The position numbers and the translations under genes are program-made. A stretch of DNA of 63,974 nucleotides, counting the filler, from Actinomycetota bacterium (lineage in GTDB: Bacteria > Actinomycetota > CADDZG01 > JAHWKV01 > JAOPZY01): NCBI GenBank assembly GCA_025963875.1. It is 8 parts of 8 records of this genome, joined end to end, with 100 filler letters (N's around TTAATTAATTAA, not from the genome) between each part and the next. Parts side by side here need not be neighbours in the genome. Positions count along the whole stretch, not along the records: positions 8,681 to 19,794 come from JAOPZY010000122.1; 7 more parts are not named here. One strand, given 5' to 3'. Numbering within the stretch: position 1 is the first letter of the stretch; each line of letters begins with the position of its first letter. Below the pieces are notes generated by a model, which worked only from the letters and a program-made list of their open reading frames with translations, did not search any database and was not told the DNA's origin. Below, one piece after another: positions 9,479-19,222 of the stretch.

Positions 9479-10351
9479 CTACGCCGGCCAGTTGCCCGGG
9501 AAAGTCGCCGCGCAGATACGGTACGAGAGCTCGGTGTCACCGACCGGACGGGCTGCGTACCACATGTGCAGCGCGCCGTTCTTCAGGCGGACCGCGCAGG
9601 GCGTGTGCACCGCGAGGTCGTGGTGCCCGTTGTCGTCAGGGCCGAACACGCCTCCTCGCCGCTCCCACCCGGCGCCCTCCGAGGAGCTGGCGAGGGCGAT
9701 CCCGACGTGCTCTCCGTCGTCGCTGGCGTAGAACATGTAGAGCTTCCGGCACACCTCCAGCACGCACGGGTGGCTGGCCGCGAGTTCCCCTGCGTTGGTG
9801 TCTAGGACGGGGCCGAGGCGATCCCAGGAAGCGCCCGAGTCGGAAACCGCTGCCAGCACGGCGCCATGGCGGCCCTCGTTGGCGCCGTCATAGCCGGAGT
9901 AGAAGAGCCACCACCGCTCCCCGGTGACGAGGAGGCACGGGTGGGTCGCCGCCAAGGCGTCCTCTTCGCCGCGTTGCATGACGGTGCCGTGGCCGGTCCA
10001 ACGGTGCCCGTCGGCCGAGATGGCCATGTGCACGCGGGTGTGCTCACCATCGGATCCGCCATACGCCATGAGGTACCCGCCGGGGACTCGTACGACGCAC
10101 GGAGACTCAACCCCGAATTCATCCGTGTCCCCAACGAGGCCTGGTTCGACAGCGACGCCGACGTGCTCCCATTTCGACCCCACCGGCTGCACCGCTTCGA
10201 TGATCCGCCCAGTGGTTCCGTCGTGGCCGGAGTACCACATGCGCAGCGTGCCGTCCCTCTCCTCCAGGACCCAGGGTCTGCTTGCCCGGGCACTGTCAAG
10301 GTCGCCAAGGGATCCTGGCGAAAAGACCTCCCCCTCCTGCGTCCACTCCAC
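9479..10351 (-). CDS. Five-bladed beta-propeller glycoside-hydrolase-like protein (GH43/32/130 superfamily)
   Basis: Five repeats of PxV...M(W/F)Y(S/G/A)..D...I..A.S..G..W. Confidence 0.7.
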   Translation of the reverse strand: MEWTQEGEVFSPGSLGDLDSARASRPWVLEERDGTLRMWYSGHDGTTGRIIEAVQPVGSKWEHVGVAVEPGLVGDTDEFGVESPCVVRVPGGYLMAYGGSDGEHTRVHMAISADGHRWTGHGTVMQRGEEDALAATHPCLLVTGERWWLFYSGYDGANEGRHGAVLAAVSDSGASWDRLGPVLDTNAGELAASHPCVLEVCRKLYMFYASDDGEHVGIALASSSEGAGWERRGGVFGPDDNGHHDLAVHTPCAVRLKNGALHMWYAARPVGDTELSYRICAATFPGNWPA

Positions 10352-10363
10352 CGCCGGCCCCCT

Positions 10364-10756
10364 TTAACGTGCCGTCGTGGCGATCATGGGTTCCCGAGCG
10401 GCGTCTTGAGTAGCCTCCCGGAATGGGTGCCTGCCCTTGGCAAGGTGGGCCGGCCTGCCCGATCTCTTCTCAGTGAACTCCCTCAGCTGCCTGGAGAGCT
10501 GGTGGGCCGTCATGTCGATGCAGCTCCCGGGATCACCCGCCGTGGCCTTGGCTCTGAAGGTTGGTCCGCCGGCCAGGACCGTGATCTCGACCACGTAGCC
10601 GTCGTTATGCTTGTGGTTGCTCTCCCCGTACATCTCGACATCGATCGCGGTTATCGCCGGAAGGAATCTGGAGAGCCGCAGCACCTTCTCGGTGGCGAGC
10701 TCTTTGAGCGACGACGACGGCACGTGGTGGTGCCGACCGTGGACCGTGACATTCAT
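10364..10756 (-). CDS. Ribosome hibernation factor HPF/RaiA-like, short form
   Basis: MNVTVHGRH, EKVLRLSRF, VEITV, FRAKA..DP..CID..L.RQL; AGGAGAG RBS. Confidence 0.75.
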   Translation of the reverse strand: MNVTVHGRHHHVPSSSLKELATEKVLRLSRFLPAITAIDVEMYGESNHKHNDGYVVEITVLAGGPTFRAKATAGDPGSCIDMTAHQLSRQLREFTEKRSGRPAHLAKGRHPFREATQDAAREPMIATTAR

Positions 10757-10815
10757 GAAGATCTCTCCTCTGATGGAGTGCCTTGGCGGCTCCATCGCCA
10801 GCGATCTCATGCACA

Positions 10816-10844
10816 AAACGAAACGAGACAGTCTCGTTTCGTTT
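10816..10844. promoter_or_regulatory. Perfect 14-bp inverted repeat, candidate repressor operator
   Basis: AAACGAAACGAGAC-A-GTCTCGTTTCGTTT, about 60 nt upstream of the HPF-like start. Confidence 0.55.
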
Positions 10845-10931
10845 GGAGCCTATCACGATCCCGGCCGCGTGCCAAGGGTGAGGTCGGTATGGGTAGCCAC
10901 GGCCAGCGCCGTAGGGCACCCCGCCGGCGCG

Positions 10932-12545
10932 TCAGCCCGCCAAGGCCTCCGCCTCGTCTTCGGCGTAGCCGGATATCAGCGCCGCGAGCGCGAGCTCCTC
11001 CAGGTCAATCGGCGGGGCGTCGGAATGGGTGAGCCGGCGGGGCAGGTACCGGACGACGATGACCGCCGACACGGCGGCCAGGACCGCTCCCACGACGCCG
11101 GCCAGGTGGAACCCGTCGACGAAGGCGAGGTCGGCATTGCGGGCCAGGACGACGCCGGCGGCACGGGGCAGGCTCCCGGCCACCTGGAGGGCCCCCGCCA
11201 GCGACGATTGGGCCGTGGCCTGGGCTGCGGGAGCCAGGGCATGCAGCGGCCCATGGAGCCCGCTGGCATAGCGGGAGGCGGCAAGGCTGCCGAGCACGGC
11301 GACGCCGAGGGCGGCGCCGAGCTCACGCGTGGTGTCGTTCATCGCCGAGCCGGCCCCGGCCCGCCGTGGCGGCACCGCCGACATGATCGAGGCGGTCATG
11401 GGAGAGATCGACAGCGCCATGCCGCCGACGATCGGCACCAGGCACGCAACGACGTAGAGGTACGACGTGTGCAGCCCCAGGCCCAGGAGTGCCAGCAGCC
11501 CGGCCGCGACCAGCACCATGCCGGTCCCTACGGCCCGGTGGGCGCCGAAGCGGGCGGTGAGACGGGGGGTCTGCGGGGCGACCACGATCATGATGAGGGC
11601 GATCGGCACGAAGCGCACCGCCGTCGAGAGCGCGCTGTAGCCGAGCACGAGCTGGAAGTACAGCGTGAGAAGGAAGATGACGCCGTACAGGGCGAGGAAG
11701 ACGAGGATCATGCCGCCCGTGCCGATGGAGAACGCCCGGTTGAGGAAGTACCGGATCTCCAGCGTGGGATGTTCGATCCTGAGCTCCCATGCCACGAAGG
11801 CAGCGAGCACGGCCACCGCGGCGGCGAACGAACCGAGGGTGGCACCGCTCAGCCAGCCGCTGCTCGGGGCTTGGATGAGGCCGTAGACCAGCGCCACGAT
11901 GCCGATGGTCGACAACACCGCCCCGACGGGATCGAGCGGCGCCTGTTCGTGGTCGCGGGACTTCGGCACGAAGAACCTCCCGCCGATCAGCGCCACGAGG
12001 ATCAGCGGCACGTTGATGAGGAACACGGAGCCCCACCAGAAGTGGGCGAGGAGCAGGCCGCTGGCAATCGGCCCCAGGGCACCCGCAGCGCCGGTGACGC
12101 TTGCCCAGATGGCGATGGCCTTCGGGCGCTCGTGCGCCGGGAAGACGTTGATGAGGATCGACAGCGTCGAGGGCATGATGAGGGCGGCCCCGGCCCCCAT
12201 CACCGCCCGGCAGGCGATGAGCTGCCACATGGCGTGCGAAGCGGAGGCCAGCCCGGCGCCGGCAAGGAACAGGACGAACCCGAGCTGGAGGGCTCCCTTG
12301 CGACCGTAGCGATCGCCCATCGAGCCCGTCGAGAACAGCAGGCCGGCGAAGACCAGCGAATAGATGGCGACCACCCACTGGAGCTGGGCGCCGCTGGCAT
12401 GCAGCACGCGGGCCAGGGTGGGCAGCGTGACGTTCAGGCTGGAGTTGCCCACGAAGACGATGAGAAGGCTGAGGCACAGAACGGCGAGCGTCCACCAGCG
12501 GCGGTCGAATTCGGTCGAAGAAGCGGGGGCGGGGGTGGCGTCCAT
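10932..12545 (-). CDS. MFS drug:H+ antiporter, DHA2 (14 TM) family
   Basis: RRWWTLAVLCLSL, GSMGDRYGRK, WGSVFLINVP, RELGAALGVA. Confidence 0.92.
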   Translation of the reverse strand: MDATPAPASSTEFDRRWWTLAVLCLSLLIVFVGNSSLNVTLPTLARVLHASGAQLQWVVAIYSLVFAGLLFSTGSMGDRYGRKGALQLGFVLFLAGAGLASASHAMWQLIACRAVMGAGAALIMPSTLSILINVFPAHERPKAIAIWASVTGAAGALGPIASGLLLAHFWWGSVFLINVPLILVALIGGRFFVPKSRDHEQAPLDPVGAVLSTIGIVALVYGLIQAPSSGWLSGATLGSFAAAVAVLAAFVAWELRIEHPTLEIRYFLNRAFSIGTGGMILVFLALYGVIFLLTLYFQLVLGYSALSTAVRFVPIALIMIVVAPQTPRLTARFGAHRAVGTGMVLVAAGLLALLGLGLHTSYLYVVACLVPIVGGMALSISPMTASIMSAVPPRRAGAGSAMNDTTRELGAALGVAVLGSLAASRYASGLHGPLHALAPAAQATAQSSLAGALQVAGSLPRAAGVVLARNADLAFVDGFHLAGVVGAVLAAVSAVIVVRYLPRRLTHSDAPPIDLEELALAALISGYAEDEAEALAG

Positions 12546-12600
12546 GGTTGGTCCTTCCGGAGCGTGCGAGGGAGCGGAGGGGGAACCTGTTGTGCTATAA

Positions 12601-12651
12601 CTGGAACCGAGGTTCCGGTAGCCCCCAGAATACGGAATGAGGCTTCCGGTT
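12601..12651. promoter_or_regulatory. Two TetR-type operator palindromes between the divergent MFS and TetR genes
   Basis: CTGGAACCGAGGTTCCGG and ACGGAATGAGGCTTCCGG, immediately after a TGCTATAA extended -10-like element. Confidence 0.6.
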
Positions 12652-12664
12652 GTCAAGGAGAACT

Positions 12665-13303
12665 TTGAGCGCCATCGAAGAGCACCCGTCCCGGCCCCAG
12701 CGGGCCGATGCGCGCCGCAACCGCGAGCGGGTCCTTGCCGCGGCGGCCGAGCTCTTCGCCGAGGAAGGTTGCAAAGTGCAGATCGAGCAGGTGGCCCACC
12801 GGGCAGGGGTCGGCGTCGGTACGGTCTGCCGGAACTTCCCGACCAAGGTCGACCTCGTGGACGCGGTGGTGACCCAGGGCTGCGAGCTACTGCTCGACGA
12901 GGCCCGGGCGGCCCTGGACCAGGCGGATGCAGGTGCCGCGCTGCGTCGATTCTTCGTCAGGATGGCCGACTTCCAGACGACCCATCGTGCGCTCGCCGAG
13001 GAGATGTCCGCTGCGATCCCGGCGAGCGCCGTCCCCGTCAAGCAGGCACTCCACGAGGCAGTTGCCGAGCTGATGGAGAAGGCTCAGGGCGCCGGCGCCA
13101 TCCGTTCCGACATCGGGGCGGGCGATGTCACGATGCTGCTCTCCGCCATCTCGCATGCCACGGCGCTCACCGGTGATCCCGAGCTGCGTGACCGCTACAT
13201 CTCCATCGTCCTCGACGGGCTCCGCCCCCACGACGCAAGCCCGCTGCCGGGCCGGCCCGTTCACATCTCCGAGATCCAGAAGTCGAAGCCCCGGCCCAGG
13301 TAA
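12665..13303 (+). CDS. TetR family transcriptional regulator
   Basis: RADARRNRERVLAAA, VAHRAGVGVGTV.RNFPTK; AAGGAG RBS before TTG. Confidence 0.9.
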   Translation: MSAIEEHPSRPQRADARRNRERVLAAAAELFAEEGCKVQIEQVAHRAGVGVGTVCRNFPTKVDLVDAVVTQGCELLLDEARAALDQADAGAALRRFFVRMADFQTTHRALAEEMSAAIPASAVPVKQALHEAVAELMEKAQGAGAIRSDIGAGDVTMLLSAISHATALTGDPELRDRYISIVLDGLRPHDASPLPGRPVHISEIQKSKPRPR

Positions 13304-13316
13304 CCACCTCTGGTCT

Positions 13317-13784
13317 CTACGGAGATCCGGCGGCCTCGCAGGAGCCGGCGACTCTCCAGAGGGCCTTGGCCACCACCTGCAGCTCCCTCGGGCTGAGCTG
13401 GTCGACGAAGTGTGCCCGCACCCCGCGCACGTGGGTCGGCGTCAGTTGCTTCAGGACCTCACTGCCCGCCTCGGACAGTGCGGCCTCCACGACCCTCGCG
13501 TCGCCGGTGCTGCGGCTGCGGGTGACGAGGCCGCGAGCCTCCAGCGCCTCCACCCGGCGTGTGACGGCGCCCGGTGAGATGAGGACCGCGCCGGCAAGGT
13601 CGCTCATGCGCATGCGCCGGCCCTCGGCCCGGGACAGGAAGGCCAGCACCTCGTAGCCGGCGAGGGAGATGCCGTGCTCGTCGAGCAGCTCGCGGTCCAG
13701 CAGGGCGGTGACCTCGGCGTGCGCCTTGAGAAAGGCAAGCCAGGCTTCCATCTCCTGCAGGGTGAGTCCAGGCAGCGGGCGCAT
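13317..13784 (-). CDS. MarR family transcriptional regulator
   Basis: LDRELLDEHGISLAGYEVL, MRMSDLA, VTRRVEALEARGLV.R, DAR. Confidence 0.9.
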   Translation of the reverse strand: MRPLPGLTLQEMEAWLAFLKAHAEVTALLDRELLDEHGISLAGYEVLAFLSRAEGRRMRMSDLAGAVLISPGAVTRRVEALEARGLVTRSRSTGDARVVEAALSEAGSEVLKQLTPTHVRGVRAHFVDQLSPRELQVVAKALWRVAGSCEAAGSP

Positions 13785-13804
13785 TCCTCTACGGTAGCGG
13801 GATG

Positions 13805-13865
13805 TACTTGCACTTGCAAGCATTGCAGTCTACGCTGCAACGACAGCAGTTGCATCTGAAAGTAT
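13805..13865. promoter_or_regulatory. Probable MarR operator sites in the divergent promoter
   Basis: Imperfect palindromes CTTGCACTTGCAAG and AGTTGCATCTGAAAGT. Confidence 0.45.
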
Positions 13866-13908
13866 CGGCACTCCCGCTCGTGCGGCGGCCGAGGAGGAGG
13901 CGACAGAC

Positions 13909-14271
13909 ATGAGGACATCCTTGACGCCGGAGGAACTGGAATATCTGACGGGCGAACGGCGGCTCGGGAGGCTGGCGACCGTGCAACCCGACGGCTTTCC
14001 CCACGCCGTCCCGGTCGGGTGGCGCTACAACGCAGACCTGGGCACGATCGACATCTCGGGCCTGAACTTCGCAGCCACCAAGAAATTCCGTAACGTCGCT
14101 GCCAATCCGAAGGTGGCCTTCGTCGTCGACGACGTGCTGCCCCCGTGGCGACCGCGGTCCGTGATGATCCAAGGATCGGCGGAGGCGCTGGAGGCACCGG
14201 AGTCCGGGGAGGCCCTCATCCGGATCACTCCCCGAAATGTCATCTCCTGGGGGTTGGAGCCCGCGAAATAA
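13909..14271 (+). CDS. PPOX class F420-dependent oxidoreductase
   Basis: RLGRLATV..DG.PH.VPVG, KFRNV..NPKVAFVVDD, PWRPR. Confidence 0.9.
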   Translation: MRTSLTPEELEYLTGERRLGRLATVQPDGFPHAVPVGWRYNADLGTIDISGLNFAATKKFRNVAANPKVAFVVDDVLPPWRPRSVMIQGSAEALEAPESGEALIRITPRNVISWGLEPAK

Positions 14272-14337
14272 GTGGGCCCGGCACGACGCGGGAACGGTTA
14301 GCCTTGGTCCACCTGGGGGCCATTGACGGCGTAAGGA

Positions 14338-14706
14338 TTGGACGTGGACCAAGAGCGGCAGCGCGCGTTCGAGCCAGAGGATCTCAGCAGGTTCTTCCTG
14401 GAGCGAGCGAATGCCGGCGACGTGGAAGGCCTCGTGGCGCTGTACGAATCTGGAGCGGTGCTGGCGTTCCCGCCTGGCCGGCTGTCGGTCGGGAGTGACG
14501 CCATCCGGGAGGCATACGAGAAGCTGCTCGCCGGCAAGCCAACCTTCAGCGCGGGAGAGCTTCAGCCGGCTATCCGCAATCAGACGGGAGACCTTGCCCT
14601 GACGTCGACGCGCCTTGCCGGCCGGGGGGCAACGGCCGAGGTGGCGCGCCGCCAGCCGGATGGATCCTGGCTCTGGATCATCGACCAGCCGGCGTTTCTG
14701 GGGTAG
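14338..14706 (+). CDS. SnoaL/NTF2-like (DUF4440) protein
   Basis: ERANAGDVEGLVALYE, TAEVARRQPDGSWLWIID. Confidence 0.85.
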   Translation: MDVDQERQRAFEPEDLSRFFLERANAGDVEGLVALYESGAVLAFPPGRLSVGSDAIREAYEKLLAGKPTFSAGELQPAIRNQTGDLALTSTRLAGRGATAEVARRQPDGSWLWIIDQPAFLG

Positions 14707-14853
14707 GCGACATCCAACTATCCTGACGAATGGCCCGTTTCGCACCGTGGCGTGAGGGAAAGATCCTCTGTGCTTCCACAGCAGTCCGCGGCTGGCAACC
14801 AGGCAGTTTGACAATGAGGAGCGGCGGACCCTCCCGGCCATTTCTCCCCCGAG

Positions 14854-15369
14854 GTGATGCTCATGTGTGCAACTGTGCCGGACCTCGCAGAGCAAGCTGC
14901 CCAGGCGACTGACGGGTGGCCCGACCGGGCGACAGCCGGTCGCCGCCGAGTGGCCGAGGAGGCATGCCTCCGGCCCGCAGGCTTCGTCGGGCTGCTCGGG
15001 ATCGCCATGATCCACTTCGTCGATCTGCCGAAGACCTGGAAGGAGAAGCCGCTCATCGGCGCACTCTTCCTGGCCTTGATCGTGGGATGCGTGCTGGCCG
15101 CGGGGATGCTGCTGTGGATGCCCAGGCGAGGGTGGCAAGCCGCCGGTGTCCTTGGAGCACTTGCGTTCGGGTCGTACGTCGTGAGCCGCACCTGGGGGCT
15201 GCCCACGTCGACCAACGACATCGGCAACTGGACCGAACCGCTCGGCCTTGCCGCGCTGTTCGTTGAGGGCATGCTCGTCGCGATGAGCGTCTGGGCCATG
15301 GCGGCGCTTCGGGGAGGACCCGGGCCGGGGATCCGCCATGCGGGTCCAATGCTAAGTCGACGACGGTAG
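14854..15369 (+). CDS. Hypothetical four-TM membrane protein
   Basis: TM segments with IH..DLP, SRTWGLP, DIGNWTEPLG; start uncertain. Confidence 0.65.
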   Translation: MMLMCATVPDLAEQAAQATDGWPDRATAGRRRVAEEACLRPAGFVGLLGIAMIHFVDLPKTWKEKPLIGALFLALIVGCVLAAGMLLWMPRRGWQAAGVLGALAFGSYVVSRTWGLPTSTNDIGNWTEPLGLAALFVEGMLVAMSVWAMAALRGGPGPGIRHAGPMLSRRR

Positions 15370-15592
15370 AACGGCGGACCCTAAATCTAAAGACCTTCGC
15401 CCAAATCAACGACGGCAGGGGAGCTCCTGGCAAGGCAGCAAATGGGAGCGACAGTCGCGAGGCGCGGCGGATTTTTCCCGCTCAGCGGGAAGTATTCGAC
15501 ACGCAGGTCCTTGTGCCTGCTCGTCGAAGATCTGGCGAACGGCCGCAGCCAGCGCCGCCTCCACGGAGGCGAGACTCAGGAGCGACGGTATT

Positions 15593-16030
15593 TTAGGGAT
15601 GCTCCGCCGGTTTCCGGTCTCGCAGTCTCCGGCTGAGCTTGAGCACCCTTGCGTAGGTGGTCTCCCGGTCGAAGTGCTCCGCCGTCACGTCCTGCGGATC
15701 ATCGACGCACTCCATGCCGGCGTCGACCTTCGTGAGGGTGAACACCCTGAGCGCCGGTAGGGGAGGACGCACGACGACCAGGCGGCGGCCCTGCTCGCGG
15801 GCACGCTCCGACGCCGTGAGGAGCACGGAGAGGCCCGTCGAGTCGATGAAGCTCACGCCGGTCAGATCGATCACCAGCAGCGTCGGCTTGGCATCCTCCA
15901 GGCCGAGTACCGCGTTCTGCAGCGACGGAGCCGTGAAGATGTCGAGTTCACCCAGGACCGCGACGCACTCCCGGTCGGACGAACGGTCGATCTGGATCCG
16001 AAGCTGAGGGGCAGGGTGCGTGCCGATCAA
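15593..16030 (-). CDS. STAS-domain anti-sigma factor antagonist
   Basis: GELDIFTAP, IDLTGVSFIDSTGL (phospho-Ser motif); start uncertain. Confidence 0.85.
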   Translation of the reverse strand: MIGTHPAPQLRIQIDRSSDRECVAVLGELDIFTAPSLQNAVLGLEDAKPTLLVIDLTGVSFIDSTGLSVLLTASERAREQGRRLVVVRPPLPALRVFTLTKVDAGMECVDDPQDVTAEHFDRETTYARVLKLSRRLRDRKPAEHP

Positions 16031-16215
16031 CCCCCGCAACCACGTACAACGTAGAGACGCAACCGGCCACCTTCCCAAAAAGCGCTGCGCGTCTGGTGCG
16101 GAGCCGACCCTGTGCCCTCGGACTATGTTCCGGCTGGGAGATTTCGCCTATCAGAACTGTAGTACGACTCGCCCGAAATCACAAGACCGGGAGCTTCACG
16201 CCAATAGGGCTTTCC

Positions 16216-16980
16216 TTACCAGTCCTGTTCCGTCGGACGGATCAGGACCTCGTTCAGGGCGACGCGGCGCGGCCGGGTCACGATGTAGGCGATGGCGTCG
16301 GCGACGTCCTCGGGCTCGAGGCCCTCGATGCTGCCGAGGCGCTCCCTGGCTGCCTCCCGCACCCCGTCGCGGATGTGGTCGGTCAGCTCCGTGCGGACCA
16401 CCCCAGGCTCCACCACGGATACCCGGAGGTGGCGGCGAGCGAACTCCTGGCGGGCCGATTCACTGAACCCGCCGACGCCGAACTTGGTGAGGTCGTAGAC
16501 GGCGGCGTTGGCCCGGGCGACGCGGCCCGCCACCGAGCTCACATTCACCAGATCCGCCACCCGCCTGGGCGCGGCGTCGGCGGCGGCCAGGAGGTGGGGG
16601 ATGGCGGCGTGGGTGATGTTCAGCAGGCCGCCCAGGTTGAGGCTCACCATGCGCTGCCATTCCTCGAGCGGCGCCTCGTCCATGGGACCCAGCAGCATTA
16701 CGCCGGCGTTGTTGACCACGATGTCGAGGCGACCCAGGTCCGCCACGGTTTGTTGGACGGCGGCCCTGGCCTGATCGGCATCGGTCACGTCGGTGGGCAG
16801 GACGAGGGCACGACCCCCGTCGCTCTCGATCTCCTCGGCGAGGCGCTCAAGGCGATCCTTGCGGCGGGCGAGGAGTGCCACGGCGGCTCCGTGGGCCGCC
16901 AAGGCCCGGGCCGTCGCCTCACCGATGCCGCTGCTCGACCCGGTGACGAGCGCCACCGTCCCGCTCAGTTCATCGCTCAT
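16216..16980 (-). CDS. SDR family oxidoreductase
   Basis: TGSSSGIG, NNAG, YDLTK (YxxxK). Confidence 0.92.
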   Translation of the reverse strand: MSDELSGTVALVTGSSSGIGEATARALAAHGAAVALLARRKDRLERLAEEIESDGGRALVLPTDVTDADQARAAVQQTVADLGRLDIVVNNAGVMLLGPMDEAPLEEWQRMVSLNLGGLLNITHAAIPHLLAAADAAPRRVADLVNVSSVAGRVARANAAVYDLTKFGVGGFSESARQEFARRHLRVSVVEPGVVRTELTDHIRDGVREAARERLGSIEGLEPEDVADAIAYIVTRPRRVALNEVLIRPTEQDW

Positions 16981-17038
16981 GGGGTTCTCCGTTCAGTTGG
17001 CCTCCCCCACTCCCATTCTTGCCCGGCGCTGCTCGACC

Positions 17039-17779
17039 TCAACTCGGGGCCGGGGCCTCCGCCACTGCCTTGGCCCACAGCCCGTAGCCGGCGTCGTTGG
17101 GGTGGAACCGGTCCCGTGCGAAGTAGGTCGCCGGATGCGCCCGGAACGCCGGGCCCGTTTTCCCGGCGATGTCCACGTATACCGCCCTGGGGGTCCGGGC
17201 TGCGAGGTGGCGAACGTCGGTGTCCAGCGACCGGCCCCGCCAGCCGGCGACGGCCCGCAGGGGCTGCGCCAGGCGGGGCGGCGCCCCCATGTCGGGCACC
17301 CCCAGGATCACGACCCTCCTGACCGATGACGGCAGTTCGACGAGGACCCGCTCGTAGTCACGCCGGAAGGCGCCCCGGGACGTGAGGTGGGTCGTGTCGT
17401 TGGCCCCGACGGTGATGAAGACCATCGTCGGATGGATCGCCGCCAGCACCGGGAGCTGGTGATACAGGACGTCGGCCACCCGGTCGCCGGACCTGGCCAG
17501 CACGGTCATGCGGACCGGCTTCCCTATCGCTGCGGCAGCCTGTTCGGGCAGTGTCCCGGGCAGGCTGGTGGCGCCGATGCCGGCGCCGATCGAGTCCCCC
17601 AGCCAGACGACGGTGTCGACGGGTGCGCCGGGGGGCCCTGCCGCAGCGTCGGTGACCAGCGGCGGACCCCCGGCGAGATGCGCGCCCCCTCGGGCCACCA
17701 TCACCTCGGCGACCAGGAGGGCAACGAATGAGACGATCAGCGCCGCCGAGGCCAGCACGCACCGCCGGATCGCCCTCAC
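17039..17779 (-). CDS. SGNH/GDSL hydrolase, membrane-anchored
   Basis: GDSIG, GAND, DRFHP motifs; GTGA overlap with the upstream gene. Confidence 0.85.
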   Translation of the reverse strand: MRAIRRCVLASAALIVSFVALLVAEVMVARGGAHLAGGPPLVTDAAAGPPGAPVDTVVWLGDSIGAGIGATSLPGTLPEQAAAAIGKPVRMTVLARSGDRVADVLYHQLPVLAAIHPTMVFITVGANDTTHLTSRGAFRRDYERVLVELPSSVRRVVILGVPDMGAPPRLAQPLRAVAGWRGRSLDTDVRHLAARTPRAVYVDIAGKTGPAFRAHPATYFARDRFHPNDAGYGLWAKAVAEAPAPS

Positions 17780-18171
17780 GCCGGGCCCGAGGCGCCCCGC
17801 CGGACCGCGAGTGCCCAGAGCACGAGCGGGATCTGCAGGGGGAGCCGCCCGTAGGCGATCGCCTGGTCGACGGCCGGCCGGGACCGCCAGTCGACGGCCA
17901 TCTGGATGTTGGCGGGGAACACCGCCACGAAGAGCACAGCGGCCACGGTCGCTCCGAGGCGCCGGGTCCGGGGCAGGGCGACGGCCGCCGCGCACGCCAG
18001 CTCGACCACCCCGCTCGCCAGCGTCCACGGCCGTGCCGGGCCGGGGATCGCGTGCGGGACGATGGCGTCGTAGAAGCCCGGGATGGCGAAGTGGGACACA
18101 CCGGCGACGCCGAGGAGCCCCGCGAGGCCGAAGGCGGGGGCAGGGGAGCGAAGGAGGGATGGCAGGGACAT
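17776..18171 (-). CDS. DoxX-like membrane protein
   Basis: HF..P.FYDAIVP, SGVVEL, VFPANIQMA, RLPLQIPL. Confidence 0.85.
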   Translation of the reverse strand: MSLPSLLRSPAPAFGLAGLLGVAGVSHFAIPGFYDAIVPHAIPGPARPWTLASGVVELACAAAVALPRTRRLGATVAAVLFVAVFPANIQMAVDWRSRPAVDQAIAYGRLPLQIPLVLWALAVRRGASGPA

Positions 18172-18291
18172 CACCCGCAGTATGCGGGGTATGTTCGGAT
18201 AGGCGGTCCTCGCCTTGGATCCGGGAGCCCCCGGAGCCGCGGCGGGACGGGTTTCGGGTTGTCCCCCACCGAAAGCGCCTACATTGGGCCC

Positions 18292-19152
18292 GTGGATACC
18301 GCCCTGGCGATCGACATCGGTGGCACCAAGATGGCCGCCGGGATCGTGGACGAGGACGGTGCGCTCCTTCATCGGGCCGAGGCGCCGACCCCCGCCACCG
18401 CCGACGCCGAGGTGCTCTTCGCCGCCTTGCTCGGCGTCATCGAATGCCTCCCTCCGGCGGCCCCCACGGTCTGCGGAGCCGGGTGCGGCGGTCCGATGAC
18501 CAGAGGGGGCGAGGAAGTCTCGCCGCTCAACATCCCGGCGTGGCGCCATTTCCCGCTCCGACGCCGCCTGGCGCAGGCCACCGGCCTGCCGGTCGCCGTC
18601 GACAACGACGCCAAGGCGCTCACCCTCGGCGAGGGCTGGGTGGGCGCAGCGGCGGGGGAGCAGAACTTCATCGGCATGGTCGTCTCCACAGGGGTCGGCG
18701 GGGGCATCGTGCTCGAGGGGCGCCTGCTCGACGGCGCCCACGGGAATGCCGGCCACATCGGCCACATGCTCGTCGAGCCCGGCGGGCGGCGGTGTGTCTG
18801 TGGCTCGAGGGGCTGCCTGGAGGCGGAGGCCTCGGGCACCGCCATCCGTGCCATCACCGGCCAGCCTCCGTCGGAGGCACCGCCCCGCGTCGTGGCCCGG
18901 ACCGGCATGTTCGTGGGCCGGGCGGTCGCCTCGGTGGCCAACCTGCTGGACCTTCGCCTGGCGGTGGTCGCCGGGTCGGTGGCCCTCGGTTTCGGGCAGC
19001 CGTTCTTCGACGCCGCCCAGCGGGAGATCGACGCCCTCGCCCGGCTGGAGTTCTCGGCGGGGACCCGCATCGTGCCGGCGGGCCTCGGCGCCGCCGCCCC
19101 GCTGATCGGCGCCGCCGCCGTGGGCTTTCGCGGCGCCCTGGCCGGAGGGTGA
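18292..19152 (+). CDS. ROK family sugar kinase (glucokinase-like)
   Basis: DIGGTK, DNDA, STGVGGG, GHIGH, CVCGSRGCLE. Confidence 0.9.
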   Translation: MDTALAIDIGGTKMAAGIVDEDGALLHRAEAPTPATADAEVLFAALLGVIECLPPAAPTVCGAGCGGPMTRGGEEVSPLNIPAWRHFPLRRRLAQATGLPVAVDNDAKALTLGEGWVGAAAGEQNFIGMVVSTGVGGGIVLEGRLLDGAHGNAGHIGHMLVEPGGRRCVCGSRGCLEAEASGTAIRAITGQPPSEAPPRVVARTGMFVGRAVASVANLLDLRLAVVAGSVALGFGQPFFDAAQREIDALARLEFSAGTRIVPAGLGAAAPLIGAAAVGFRGALAGG

Positions 19153-19222
19153 GGCCGAGGATAGTCCGCGATCGCGCATCTGCGCGCGGAAAACGACTTA
19201 CCTTCAGGCTGCGGCCAGGAGG

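Noticed and set aside
10611..12668. Long antisense ORFs (e.g. 685 aa here, 50891-52552, 55275-56804)
   Set aside because: Shadow ORFs typical of high-GC DNA, lying opposite well-supported genes.
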